In this document: piece after piece, positions 51,671 to 64,000 of the stretch
How the letters are laid out: each line of letters begins with the position of its first letter
How positions within the stretch are numbered: position 1 is the first letter of the stretch
Source: Squalus acanthias
Lineage: Eukaryota
NCBI GenBank assembly: GCA_030390025.1
Contig: CM059446.1
Location: 41,974,001 to 42,038,000 of the forward strand
Reading direction: 5' to 3'
Length of the DNA: 64,000 bases
Position numbers and translations under genes: made by a program
Notes under the pieces: generated by a model
Databases searched by the model: none
Told to the model about the DNA's origin: nothing
The model's input: only the letters and a program-made list of their open reading frames with translations

Positions 51671-51689
51671 CAACCTAACCTACCACTTC

Positions 51690-52880
51690 ACTCCTCCACT
51701 CCCCGGGCCCGTGCTCCACTCCCCACCAGACTCCTCCACTCCCCGGGCCCGTGCTCCACTCCCCGGGCCCTTGCTCCACTCCCCGGGCCCGTGTTCCACT
51801 CCCCGGGCCCGTGTTCCACTCCCCACCAGACTCCTCCACTCCCTGGGCCCGTGCTCCAGACTCCTCCACTCCCTGGGCCCGTGCTCCAGACTCCTCCACT
51901 CCCTGGGCCCGTGCTCCAGACTCCTCCACTCCCCGGGCCCGTGCTCCACTCCCCGGGCCCGTGCTCCGGTCCCCACCAGACTCCTCCACTCCCCGGGCCC
52001 GTGCTCCAGACTCCTCCACTCCCCGGGCCCGTGCTCCAGACTCCTCCACTCCCCGGGCCCGTGCTCCGGTCCCCACCAGACTCCTCCACTCCCCGGGCCC
52101 GTGCTCCACTCCCCGGGCCCGTGCTCCACTCCCCGGGCCCGTGCTCCACTCCCCGGGCCCGTGCTCCACTCCCCGGGCCCGTGCTCCGGTCCCCACCAGA
52201 CTCCTCCACTCCCCGGGCCCGTGCTCCGGTCCCCACCAGACTCCTCCACTCCCCGGGCCCCTGCTCCGACTCCCCGGGCCCCTGCTCCGACTCCCCGGGC
52301 CCCTGCTCCGACTCCCCGGGCCCCTGCTCCGACTCCCCGGGCCCCTGCTCCGACTCCCCGGGCCCCTGCTCCGACTCCCCGGGCCCCTGCTCCGACTCCC
52401 CGGGCCCCTGCTCCGACTCCCCGGGCCCCTGCTCCGACTCCCCGGGCCCCTGCTCCGACTCCCCGGGCCCCTGCTCCGACTCCCCGGGCCCCTGCTCCGA
52501 CTCCCCGGGCCCCTGCTCCGACTCCCCGGGCCCCTGCTCCGACTCCCCGGGCCCCTGCTCCGACTCCCCGGGCCCCTGCTCCGACTCCCCGGGCCCCTGC
52601 TCCGACTCCCCGGGCCCCTGCTCCGACTCCCCGGGCCCCTGCTCCGACTCCCCGGGCCCCTGCTCCGACTCCCCGGGCCCCTGCTCCGACTCCCCGGGCC
52701 CCTGCTCCGACTCCCCGGGCCCCTGCTCCGACTCCCCGGGCCCCTGCTCCACTCCCCACCAGACTCCTCCACTCCCCGGGCCCGTGCTCCACTCCCCACC
52801 AGACTCCTCCACTCCCTGGGCCCGTGCTCCAGACTCCTCCACTCCCTGGGCCCGTGCTCCAGACTCCTCCACTCCCTGGC
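51690..52880. repeat. GC-rich compound minisatellite (VNTR)
   Basis: 23 perfect 21-bp units CTGCTCCGACTCCCCGGGCCC (52261-52743), flanked by 20-bp CTCCCCGGGCCCGTGCTCCA units interleaved with 10-bp modules GACTCCTCCA and CTCCCCACCA. Confidence 0.97.
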
Positions 52881-54049
52881 CAGTATCCTGGACTAACTGA
52901 GCAACGCCACAAAAAGGAGATCTATTGATATGGAAAATGTAGGCATAAGTTTTTCTGTTAATGTTTGTTACACTGCACTAAACCTACCAACACTGGCCAG
53001 TAAATCCCCAGATGTGGTAGTACTGCAATTCTAATATCCACAGTTAAGCTATAATGGTGTCTACGAAGAGTGTAGAGACCTAAATAAGATGTAGCACAAT
53101 GATAAACTGGCCAATCAGCAAGCTTAAAAAAAAGACGATAAAATCCACCAGCATTTTAATACTGCTACTTATGTCTGAAATAGAAATTCAAGCCCAGAGA
53201 AAAATCTAAACCTTGGTAGAGTTGTGATGGATGTTTCCTCTTCGGAAGGCATTCACCGTCCTGGCACATGGCATTATTGTATCGGGCCCCATGTGCGGGC
53301 AGTGTTCTACCAGCCTGTGCTGATCCTCCATACTAGACAGAACGGCTACAATTTCATTTAATATTCTAGGTAGAAGTAAACAATCTTCAACCATAACGTG
53401 ACATCTAAACTGGAGAAGGTGTGGATGTTTATTTAAAGATAAGCACAGTTGTTGAAGCTGGTTACACCTTTTGTACATGAACTTCTATTTAAAAAAATTT
53501 TTAAAAATCAAACTTGAACAGACAGGATACAATTTCTACACCAGTTGAAAATACATCCAGGTAACTGTAGTATGTGAACCTACATTGTCCATCATCTTAC
53601 TTCATGTTATCCTCTCCTTTGTCGGCTATTCTTGTGCCACGCACCATTTCCTGCTCAAGAAAAAAATGGCAGGCTGGACTTCTATTAAAGTGGGCACAAG
53701 TACAACTCTTCCACTTACTCTCCCTCCAACATCTGGCCTCAACACACTATTCCCTCCAGCACCCAAAGATCTGAAATGGGTTCGGTGAAACTTCTTCCAA
53801 GGGCTCTTCAGCTAATCAGTGTTCCAACTTATTTATTACAGGCATAAACTGCATTTAACAAGGAGCTCAACAGGCCTTTAGGAAAGAGCTGCCACATTAG
53901 TTACAAGCCAAGTGGGAATCACAGATTTTGGCTGGATTAGGCACTCAAGGCCCCATCCCCCAGCTCTACAGATTAGGCCTTCAGCTGTTGCTAACCAAAA
54001 GGTAGGATGTTGTCATTGGTAAAGACTGTTTAACTGAGCAATAAAAGAC

Positions 54050-54330
54050 TAAAAAAGGTCTCAGTTCAATTCCCAATCTTTTGCTGAATTAGCTCAAGTC
54101 AGCCAAGGTGCAGTGCAGGCACTAGTGGACTAGAGAGAAGTCACCCAGAGTTCCCACTCAGTAACCAGGAACGCCTGCAAGTGTGGGCACTGGAGCAGGT
54201 TTGGGTTTTGATTCAGCCGTGATGTCCCCTTGGTTGACGAGGTTATCAACACACACCATTCAGGCTTACACATTAAGAACACCTAGTTAACCAAGAAGAC
54301 AGCCATGGAACTATACTCCATCTACCTTCC
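54050..54330 (+). mobile_element. Ancient degenerate SINE-like repeat (second family)
   Basis: B-box-like AGTTCAATTCCC then GCTGAATTAGCTC..CAGCC; loosely related segments at about 22830-23100 (+), 21060-21200 (-) and 60230-60420 (-). Confidence 0.4.
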
Positions 54331-56314
54331 AAGAGAAAATAAAAAAGGAAGCAGAGAGGAAAGAAACTGGTTAAACCAACACTTTTGCAGGTGGGTAACT
54401 CAAAAGCAAAAAGCTTCCATCAGCAGGTAGGAGACATGGGGGTGAAATTGGTCTTTGGCAGTAGCACAAAATGGTCGATAACGAATCGGCAGTCTGCTTT
54501 TCTTTTCCACTAACTTCAATGGAAGAGGCTGCTAATTTGCGGTCACCAAAAACTAATTTCACTCTCATGGCGAGGTATGGAATAGAATTTATTTCCCATG
54601 AGCAGGCAGGCCTGGTATGACCAGCACTATTGGACCCATTCATACTACACAATAGCCAATTACATTTTCAATCCGTGCTTTATTGATGTGGATCACAGCA
54701 ACAACACTGATGAACCTTGTGCCACAGGTTCTCAATTATGTCTGAAATGGGAAAATATCTCCGATGATAGCATCAGCGTGTTTGTTGGTTAAAAGATTTC
54801 ATCAAGTTTAACAACTGAAAAATGCAAGAGGGCAGAGCTTCACTGGAAGAGCCAAGGACCCAGAACTGGTTTTCTGATTCTGGGGTGGTTGTGAATCATA
54901 ACCTTTGCAGGCAGGGGCTGCACCAACTCCTCTCCCTTTCTTAACTCAAGTCCATTCCCCAATATCACTATAAAAAAAAACTCATTTGGAAAGGTCCATT
55001 TGATTTCATCCTTGTAGAATAGCGACCCCACCATCTGCCCTTTCCAGATAGCACCATGCACCGAGGAGGCAGGTTTAACATCTCCAAAAGGATGGAACTT
55101 TATAGTCATTGCTGGCACCTCAGCATTTCATGGAGAGCCTCAACCATCTCGGTACGGCAATTAACGAGCAAAGATTGTGTGTTCAAATCCTGGTTGTGAA
55201 GCTCGAACGCACAATCTTCTGACTTGGAAACAAGGGTGCTGCCAATGACTCAGAACGGCTGCCTTTTGATCTGAAACAGCTGGTATCAAAACGGGACAAA
55301 GTCAGCAGACCATCGGCAAACCAAGACAAGACTCCAGTGTTTGCATTCAGCTTAGAATCAAGAAAACTTTGAATTAAGTGGGAGTAAATGTAACTGGGCA
55401 AAGTCTGCCCATATAATACAGCAATACACAAACCAACTTAAAATTGAACACACCCACCAACCACATACTCCTTGCATATGTAGGCAAAGCATTTACTTAA
55501 GCTCAGTTTAAAAATAAAGTGATTCTTTGAAACCAATGCGTCTCAATTTCACATTGTTGATACTGTAATCTTCCCAGAAAATAGGTCAGTGATAAGTGGG
55601 ACAGGCAAACTGAAAAGATGGCAGCATTCTAACTCCAGTTTCCAGCTTGCCCCACTTTCCTTGCACTTTGCAGTAGGGCTGGAAACAGGGTGGAGAGAGA
55701 TTAAAGGGGGAAAAAAATCCCCAAAACAGAAATTAAAACTCCCAGCCCTCAAAAGGAAAGAGCGCATTAAGAGAGACACAAATGAAAGAAGCCGGTCTCA
55801 GACTGGCACGGAATTAATACATCCAACTTCATCCTTGCAATGACTCACTGCCAGATCTCAGGGCAGGCTGCAGCACTGGAACCCCACCTTACTGCTATTC
55901 CACTATCCCCAAGGCCTAAACACATCAGCAACCAAGAATGAATAGCTAAATAAATAAAATAAGTATATATATTTTTTTTTTAAATGATTAATACGATCAG
56001 CAGCCTGCAAGTTTCAAGCCAGTTGTGTAGTTGACATTAACTCAAATTAAAATGGCAAATTCTTCACAGCATAACTGACTAAGTGCTTCCGTTGACCCGT
56101 GTGATAGTGATCAGTGATGCCCACACGGCAGTGCTGACTTGGGGGGGGGGGGGGGCGGAAATCACTTCTTTGGATCAAGGTAAAAGCATTTGTCCAAAAC
56201 CAATCTTGTTAAAATTTATATTTTAATCCATTTGCAGACGTTTACACCTAAAAGTCTCATTCTTTAACACCTCCTCTTCCCTGCGGTTACATTTGTACAA
56301 AACTCATTGCTTTG

Positions 56315-56670
56315 AAAAGAAAAGAACTTGTATTTATATAGCACCTTTTACAACTTCAGGACATCCCAAAGTGTTTTACAGCCAATTAAATATTTTCTGA
56401 AGTGTAGTCACTGTTGTAATGCAGGGAAACGCAGCAAGGTCCCACTAACAGCAATGAGAAGATAATCTGTTTTTTTTTTAAAGTGATGTTGGTTTCGGAA
56501 TAAATATTGGCCAGGACATGGAGAACTGCCCTGCTCTCCTTCGAATAGCACCTGAGTGCAGCACTCCCTCAGTGCACTGGGATGTCAGCTAGATTATGTG
56601 CTCAAGTCTCTGAAGTGGGATTTGAACCCCATGACCTTCTGACTCAGAAGCGAGTGCACTACCATGGCAG
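56315..56670 (-). mobile_element. Deu-domain SINE with internal deletions
   Basis: Tail CTTGTATTTATATAGCACCTTT and B-box region GGGATTTGAACCC (reverse complement); central core missing. Confidence 0.85.
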
Positions 56671-57724
56671 ATACCTTAACGTTGTTTTTCCTCTCCATTT
56701 CTCAGCTTTCATGGAGATACTTCAGTCTGATATGCTATAAACACATTAAGATTTGAAATACTATTTTAAAATCTAACTATACAACTTCCTTAGGAACAAA
56801 ACAACATTAAATCAAATTGAGATTTGAGTTTCTATTTCTTCACATCAGGGTCACAGGTCATCACACTGTTCCTACATTCATGTTCAACATGTTTCCACTC
56901 TCAAACAACATGGGATGATGTGGGAGTGGAGCACAAAGCTTTATAGTGCTGAGCTGGCTTCTGAACTGAAAAAAATAAAATGTTCACTGCCTCCCATGAG
57001 ACAATCTTTTAATAGAGTACACAAGTGGAGGTTGAATTTCGGTTTATAAAACGGATTTCAAGAACAATTAAAAAGAATCACAAAATAGCGACGGATGAGA
57101 AAGAACATTCATCCCATCCCATCCCAAGATTGTCCAGCCAGGAAGAACCTACAATTGCATCACAGAATCAGCATGTTTTAGGGTCTTTTCCACTACAAGT
57201 CCATTCCCTTTGTTCTTATTCTTTGTGCAAAAGAGCTCCGCGACATTAATCATAAATAGGCAAATTTAGGACTGAAGAATTGATTGGTCAATAAAAAAAG
57301 GGAACTAGTTCTGGTCATTTCAGAACAAAACAAATCTCTATGGAAAGATATAGATATTAAAAATCTTGTGTATGGGACACACTTTCTGTAACAAGATGAT
57401 TCTGCGAGTAAACATTTAATAATGGACCAATTTCGTAGTCAGTTTGTACATGAATTGAAATCACTCGAGTGCTTTTTGAAATAAAATTTCTCCCCCTCAA
57501 CTGCTATTTCCAGGGTTTGTAAACAAAAATAGAAAAACTACATATTTCACAATAACCAGATTTTTAAAAAAAAAACTGAATTGTTGAGCCTATTAATACG
57601 TTCATTAAATTGTTTACTTTGAACCCTCAGCCCCTCAAGAACTTGGGCTGATCTGGTTACCCAAACATTGGTTTCAGATTGCTTAAAACCTTCCTTGTTG
57701 AGCCAATCACTTGCACAGTGGGAT

Positions 57725-58638
57725 ACAACAATAATTTATATAGCGCCTTTAACGTAGTAAAACGTCCCCAGGCGCTGCACAGGAGTATTTTAAGACAAAA
57801 AATTGTGACACTGAGCCACATAAGGATAAATTAGGGCAGGTGACCAAAAGCTTGGTCAAAGAGGTAGGTTTTAAGGAGCGTCTTAAAGGAGGAAAGAGAG
57901 GTAAGCGAGGCAGAGAGGTTTAGGCAGGGAATTCCAGAGCTTAGGGCCCAGGCAACAGAAGGCACAGCCACCAAAGGTTGAGTGATTATAATCAGGGATG
58001 CTCAAGAGGGCAGAATTAGAGGAGCGCAGATACCTCGGGGGGTGGGGGGGGAGGGGCTGAAGTAGATTACAGAGATAGGAAGGGGAGAGGCCATGGAGGA
58101 ATTTGAAATCAAGAATTTTGAAATCGAGGCACTGCTTAACCGGGAGCCAATGTAGGTCAGCGAGCACAGGGGTGATGGGTGAACGGGACTTGGTGCGAGT
58201 TAGGACATGGGCAGTCGAGTTTTGGATCACCAAGTTTACGTCGGGTAGAATGTGGGAGGCTAATCAGGAGTGCGTTGGAATAGTCAAGTCTAGAGGTAAC
58301 AAAGGCATGGATGAGGGTTTCAGCAGCTGATGTGCTGAGGCAAGGACAGAGACGGGCGAAGTTACGGAGGTGGAAATAGGCGGACTTTGTTATACTGCGG
58401 ATATGTGGTTGGAAGCTCATTTCGGGGTCAAAAATGACACCAAGGTTGCGAACGGTGTAGTTCAGCCTCAGACAGATGTTAGGGAGAGCGATGGAGTCAA
58501 TGGCTAGGGAACAGAGTCTGTGGCGGGGACCGAAAACAATGGCTTCGGTCTTCCCAATATTTAATTGGTGAAAATTTTTGCTCATCCAGAACTGTGCGTC
58601 GGACAAGCAGTCTGACAATTTAGAGACCGTGGAGGGAC
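57725..58638 (-). mobile_element. 5'-truncated L2 LINE (RT C-terminus plus 3' UTR)
   Basis: LSDCLSDAQFWMSKNFHQLNIGKTEAIVFGP, VRNLGVIFDPEMSF, AETLIHAFVTSRLDYSNALL, ITPVLADLHWLPV, LWNSLP; tail AAAGGCGCTATATAAATTATTGTTG. Confidence 0.93.
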
Positions 58639-61600
58639 ATACACTACACAACATGTATAGAAATATAAAGCTGTGCCATCGCCCAGTAACTGACTACAAA
58701 TTAACTCCAGTAATCCCACAGTGACCACACAAGATTGAACTTTCAGTGAGGGGGTAGATATATAACCGGCCAGTAACTCCTGGCTATTGCTGTCAGTTCA
58801 CAAACAGTCTTCAACTGGATTTTTTTTTAAATCTCAAAACACTTGAGGTTTCAACCTCTGTGCACTGAGCATGTGCAGTTTGCCAAATTTCTCAACATGC
58901 ACTCTTAACGATAAGAGTTTGTGTTTCGTTTGGAAGCCTTTTGAGACAAGCAGATATTTAATTCTCAAAGCTCATTTCAGGCACATGATATATTTCATTT
59001 CTAAGCCAGTATTCATTTTCAATTTCTATGAACTTCAGACAATATCTGATAAAGATCTTTGTACTACAGGAAAAGATTGAGAATGTATTTCAAGTCACTT
59101 TCCTCTGTTTTGGCAGAAAGTCTAGTTAAAAAGAATCTCCCCTAAATCATTTTTTGACGCTCAAGGACATTTAAAAAAAACTGGATTATAAAATTGAGGT
59201 GATTTGAGACACTGAGTAATTTTAATAATTGTTGTGTCAACCATTTGGGTGTTATGAAGGCATGCAGGTTTAAATTGGGTTAGGGTTAGTTCAAAATCAA
59301 GACAGCAGCTGGCACTAGTTTGAAAAAAACCTTTGATTGGCTGCTGCTTGGCGATTTGTAATGCTCGTCTACCGGGTTTAAAATTACCCAATCACTGCAC
59401 CCAAATAATGGATCAAAAACATTTCAGCAATCAGAATTCGTGACAGTGACACCTGAGGGACACAAAACAGAACAGTGCCCTCTCCCAGTCAACGACTGCA
59501 CCACAAAGATTAGGGAGTCGTCATTCAACAGAACGAAGCCTGCTTTCCATTGCTGTCAGTTCACACACGTCCCCTCCATCTTCCAGACTAACACAGGGTT
59601 AACAGAGTCTACAGCACAGAATCAGGCCAGTAGGCCCAACTGTACAACTCTTCACACAGCTACAATAACCCAATGTAGCCACTTTCAGCCAAATAAGTAA
59701 GCCCACCTCCGGCTTCAGATGGCAAACCAGTGAAGCTTTACTAGGAACCACTCAGAGATCTTGCGTCACGGCCGTGCCGTCTGGTGTTCAACTTGGCATC
59801 AAGGAAATTTAAAAAAAAAATTAAAAATCGCCAGAGTCAGTGGAAAACAAAATCTGCAGCTGTAAGGGCATCATTTCCTTAACTAAAAGGAAAGTCTTGG
59901 AAAAAGAAACATTTATTCCAGTTCAGCAACATGAAAGGACTGTAATCCTTTGATAGAGCACTTACTCAAATTCATTTCTGTCTAGGGTCCTGACCTGTAA
60001 TGGGCTTCATGCAAAAGCTAAATTCTGGAATCCAGCGGTGAAATGGCCGATTCGTTTTTAAGCTAACAGTCAGTTCAGAGTTTCAAACCTCACCTCCACA
60101 GCACCCCCTCACACCTTGCCCCAGGCATCTTTCTTAATCTGGGAGCCAGGACATGGACATAAATGGGGAGGGAGGGAGGGAGGGGGGGCGCGCAGGGGGC
60201 GGTAATGGGATAATGCAGCAGAATCCTCTGCCCATCCTTACCCAATGTCTATATAGATACAAAGACACTTTTCTAGTAGTGATCATGGGACAGGAATCAG
60301 GAGCAGGAAATCTGGACAATTTTTCCCCCTTGCTAGGCCAGTACTGAGGCCGATTGTGGCATCGCTAACAACTGTCTCTGGTCATCAATTAATGCCAGTA
60401 AATGAACTTGGGATCCTTTGGCAGTATTGTGCAATTCCCAGAAAATGTTCAAAGACAGCTGCCAACTCTTCTTTGTATGTGGAGCAGCAATTACTGGACA
60501 GCATTGGAAAGTGCTGATCCGCTACAGGTTAAAACACAAACATTCTCGACATACTTATGTCTGGCAATGGGAGACATTGTCTAATCTGCAAAACAAAGCA
60601 AGTCGTCCAAAATATGCCAGGGAAGGGAGGAGTCCGATTACACTCGTCTCCACCTCTGATAAGAGACATGGCGCCAGCTCTCATGGTCGGGAAAGGTACA
60701 GACTGATGCAAAGTATAATTAACCCATCACACAACCCCCAAGTTTAAGCCAAATCAGTCTCTTTAAAACTGCCAATCAAGTTATATAGGGCTGTAAAAGA
60801 CAAGGTTTTCACTTGAGGGTTCCTAATTCTATTAGATGAACTGGACTTTTAGATACAAATAATTATCCTCATGCAAAGGATTTCTGCTGATTTTTTTGGC
60901 CAGATAATGGTCATGTCACAATAAGCTTTCCTAAAATCAGAATACCCAGCTTGGCAAGTTCCTTCTATATATTGGTGGAGGACGAGGGAAGCACTGAGTT
61001 TAGATGAACAGCTAGCTTCGGCTAGCATCAGTAATCAAAGCATTAAACTGAAGAACCAACACTCAAAGCCAAGTCTGTGGTGGGAGGCAAGATTGACTTT
61101 CCATTCGACACTGGCATGGCAAACCAGGGAGTACAAAAAGCAGAGTCTGGCTGAGGGATCGCAGCCCAGTGCCACAGTTAGTGCATAGCCTAGGGAAGGA
61201 AATTTTAAAAAAGGGACATAATCAAGGAAACATGAAAGTTATCCTGCACTATTATTCAGCGCCACAGCAAGAGTTTAGGGCCAGCATAACCTGCCTTATC
61301 TTGGGAGAATGTCAGAAGAATTTGGAAGGTTTAACAGTCATCAATTGATCTTAGCTCACCAGCTCGTCAGACTTCAAAACTCAGTCACATCTCCTCCATT
61401 GCTATAGCTGGCTCCAAGCTCAGTCTCCTCTTGTACCAAATGCTGCTCTCCCTCAAAGGCAACTCTATAAATCCCAAGCATGACTAATTTTTCCCTGATC
61501 CAGGGAGGCTCCAACACTGCTTCAATTTCACAGGTTACAAGCAGCAGTGGGCAACCCTCTCAGCTCTAGCCGGCACCTCATTCATTTAACTGGTCGTCAC

Positions 61601-61787
61601 TGTTATTCGTTTAAAACTTGATGGAGCTGCTTTGGAGTATTACATACCTCCACATCGTATGTCAGGATTTGAGCAACACCTCTTCAGTCAATATTTACAA
61701 TGCAAACAGCCTATATAAAATGATTTAGGATGGCAATTTACCCATCACCATGTAGTTACAGGCTTCCTGCCTCTAGGTGGCCCTGTA

Positions 61788-62350
61788 CATAGGATTCTAC
61801 AGCAGAGAAACAGGCCATTTGGTCTTGGGCCAAATTTAAAACTTCAGGAAGTAGTCACTTTATTAAAAAGTCAAAATTCACTTTCCTTCTCTTTCTCCCC
61901 CCACCACACAAATTCACATATACACACACGTATGTGGCCTCCTTAAACCTATCAAAATGCACCACCTCACACTATCTATATTGAAATTAATTTGCCATTT
62001 ACACACCCATTCTTCTTGGTATTTTGTCAGTCTTCAGTATTAACTATTCCCCCCCCCCCCCCCACCCACTGCCCCAATTTGGTGTCATCTGCAAATTTTG
62101 AAATTGTACTTCTGATTCTAGAGTCAAACACGTTTATGCAAATAGTGAACAGTGGACCCAGCACCGATCCTGGTGGACCACCACTGACCACCTTTTGCCA
62201 TTCTGAGTTACTACCTTTAACCCCTACTCTCGTCTGTTTTGTTGCCAGCTTGCTACCCATTCTGCTACTTGTTCCTGACCCCACATGCTCGGACCTTAAA
62301 TCAGGAGTCTATGTGGTACCATAATCGAAGGCCTTTTGAAAATCCAAAGA
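61788..62350 (-). mobile_element. Fragmented CR1 LINE (RT piece and 3' tail)
   Basis: SEWQKVVSGGPPGSVLGPLFTICIN..ISKFADDTKLG; DFQKAFD at about 62330-62347; tail remnant CATAGGATTCTACAGCAGAGAAACAGGCCATT at 61788. Confidence 0.82.
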
Positions 62351-63471
62351 TTTTGATCATTTAGTCACATGATCAAGCCAAATGCCAAGGTAGACTCAAA
62401 ATACAAAAAAAGTCACTTTGCCCAAGATTCTCAGGACATTAATAAAACAAAGTTAGATGTGCCTGCCCGACCATAGATATGTAAAACATGACATCAGCAT
62501 GCCATCATCTGTGAAGTATGCCCATGGACAGCTCAAAATTTTGCTGCATTACTGTCAATACTTAAACTACCAATCGTAATACCAGTGGCAGAGACCGACC
62601 GAGGCTAGAGACGGTATCCAATGAGGCACCACTCACAGAAATAACCAGTGGAGACTTCACGCTGACGGCATCGCTAAGATCTGTGGAAATAATTAAACAT
62701 TTTGACCATGTGATAATTAAATTCATAAACCTGTAACTAGAAAAATAGAAAGTGGGAAAAGCCTTCATCTGCATTAGTCTCATTCCAGACAGGCACAGTT
62801 CATGTGGATTTAAAAATTAATATTTCAATATTAACCCAAAAACATTAATATTTTTATATTTCAGTAAAATCTACCAAGACTCATTTTCAATCCATAATAA
62901 AACTGCATTAAATATGACCCATTTTGTGTTATTGGACCACTCATGTAAATTTGAAACAGGTTAAACTTTTAATAGTGTTCAGCAATATTTATTAACTGAA
63001 TGCATTAAACATGGAACCTCTTACACTGGACATTCATAAATTGCAGATTGCTCATTAACCCTGTAAAATGTATTGTTCTTATTTAAACTTCTCAACTCCA
63101 TTTGGAGGTTTGCTTTTTTTTTAAAAAAAAGGCTGTACACAACTGATTTTTGCACCTGGATGCTCATCATCAAGAAGCTGCTCCCTCTGTGTCCCCTCCC
63201 CTCTTGCAGTTGTTGACTCCTTTCTGGAGTCTGGTTCCAGTGCATTCTGGTATCCCACCCATTTATGCATGAACCTCGGAGTGTCAGCAAGCCATTCTAC
63301 CGTGGAGGTGGGGTGGGGTTACAACAGAGACCGATCCGGCCCTCACATCATTAGACAAGAATCAGGAGCCCCGAGCGTTTCAAAAGGTCAATCACAAATC
63401 ATTTAGCTAATCACCAAATGAGTTTTTCCAAAAATCTATCACTCCATTCACGTATCCCTCGAAAACACAAT

Positions 63472-64000
63472 GGCCCAGAATTTGCTGGGAATAGACGGGC
63501 AAGTTTAATGCACACGTTTGTTAGTGTGTAAATAACCCAGCAATCTGTGGCAAGGAAGAGCGATCCCGTGAATTACGAATCGCCACAAATTGCTGGACGA
63601 TTTGCGTCGCTCCGCCATTAGCCTGGCCAAAAAACGACAGCCCATCGTCAATCTCCGAGTTTCAAGAAATTGCTGCAGTTGTGCATTAATTACCAATTAA
63701 TTACCAGCCCTAACCTTCTGCGGTGAGTTTCAGCGCAAGTACCCTGTTAATGAGGAGATTTACATTCCTGCAATGCCACTCAACCGCTCCAGCTCAGAAA
63801 AGAGAGCAATTGGAACTGTGGAGACTCATTCCAGCAGGTAGTAAATTGTACTTCGCAATGTTTAAAATTTCAAATTTTCCTCAGTCTTTTTTTCCCCCCT
63901 CTTAAATCAAATCTTTCTTTCCCTCTCCATTACTCTTCTTGTACCTAATTACACTCCAATTCACCCGGTTTCCTACTCGGTCATTCCTGTTTCTTTCTCA
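63472..64000. mobile_element. Probable non-autonomous DNA-transposon-like repeat, running off the window end
   Basis: Starts GGCCCAGAATTTGCTG, CpG-rich, resembles the segments at 2685-3415 and 22417-22600; other end not visible. Confidence 0.4.

Noticed and set aside
52261-52743. CRISPR-like array
   Set aside because: Units are head-to-tail with no unique spacers, there are no cas genes, and the context is eukaryotic.
51618-52928. Six long ORFs (369-436 aa) with collagen-, mucin- or silk-like repeats
   Set aside because: They result from a stop-free GC-rich minisatellite that is open in every frame; no splice context or domain supports a protein.
34240-64000. Syntenic neighbours PIGBOS1/PIGB
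   Set aside because: No recognisable coding match found by eye. A ~54-aa ORF is below the ORF-track cutoff, so tBLASTn is needed to exclude it fully.

Overview
Eukaryotic (vertebrate) genomic DNA. The repeat content (CR1/HER1-type LINEs, Deu-domain tRNA-SINEs, Penelope remnants) suggests a cartilaginous fish such as a shark. The only host gene I can support is RAB27A on the minus strand: five coding exons (34067-34219, 17838-17923, 14560-14663, 11957-12080, 1117-1318), all GT-AG, join to a 669-nt ORF encoding a 222-aa Rab GTPase with a C-terminal CXC prenylation motif. The 3' UTR runs towards position 1, and the non-coding first exon(s) lie somewhere above 34239 and were not located. The rest is intronic/upstream DNA rich in transposon relics: CR1, L2 and Tx1 LINE fragments, SINEs, three hAT MITEs with 8-bp target-site duplications (TSDs), and a 1.2-kb GC-rich minisatellite. 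Two things stand out. (1) Four minimal type-I hammerhead ribozyme motifs lie in Penelope-like remnants; one sits in the loop of a perfect 56-bp hairpin flanked by a 12-bp TSD, with the inversion junction at the predicted self-cleavage site. (2) A cluster of ZNF143/THAP11-like ACTACA/SBS motifs with an M-box at about 38.6-39.0 kb is a candidate RAB27A promoter. Repeat family names come from recalled consensus features, not database searches.
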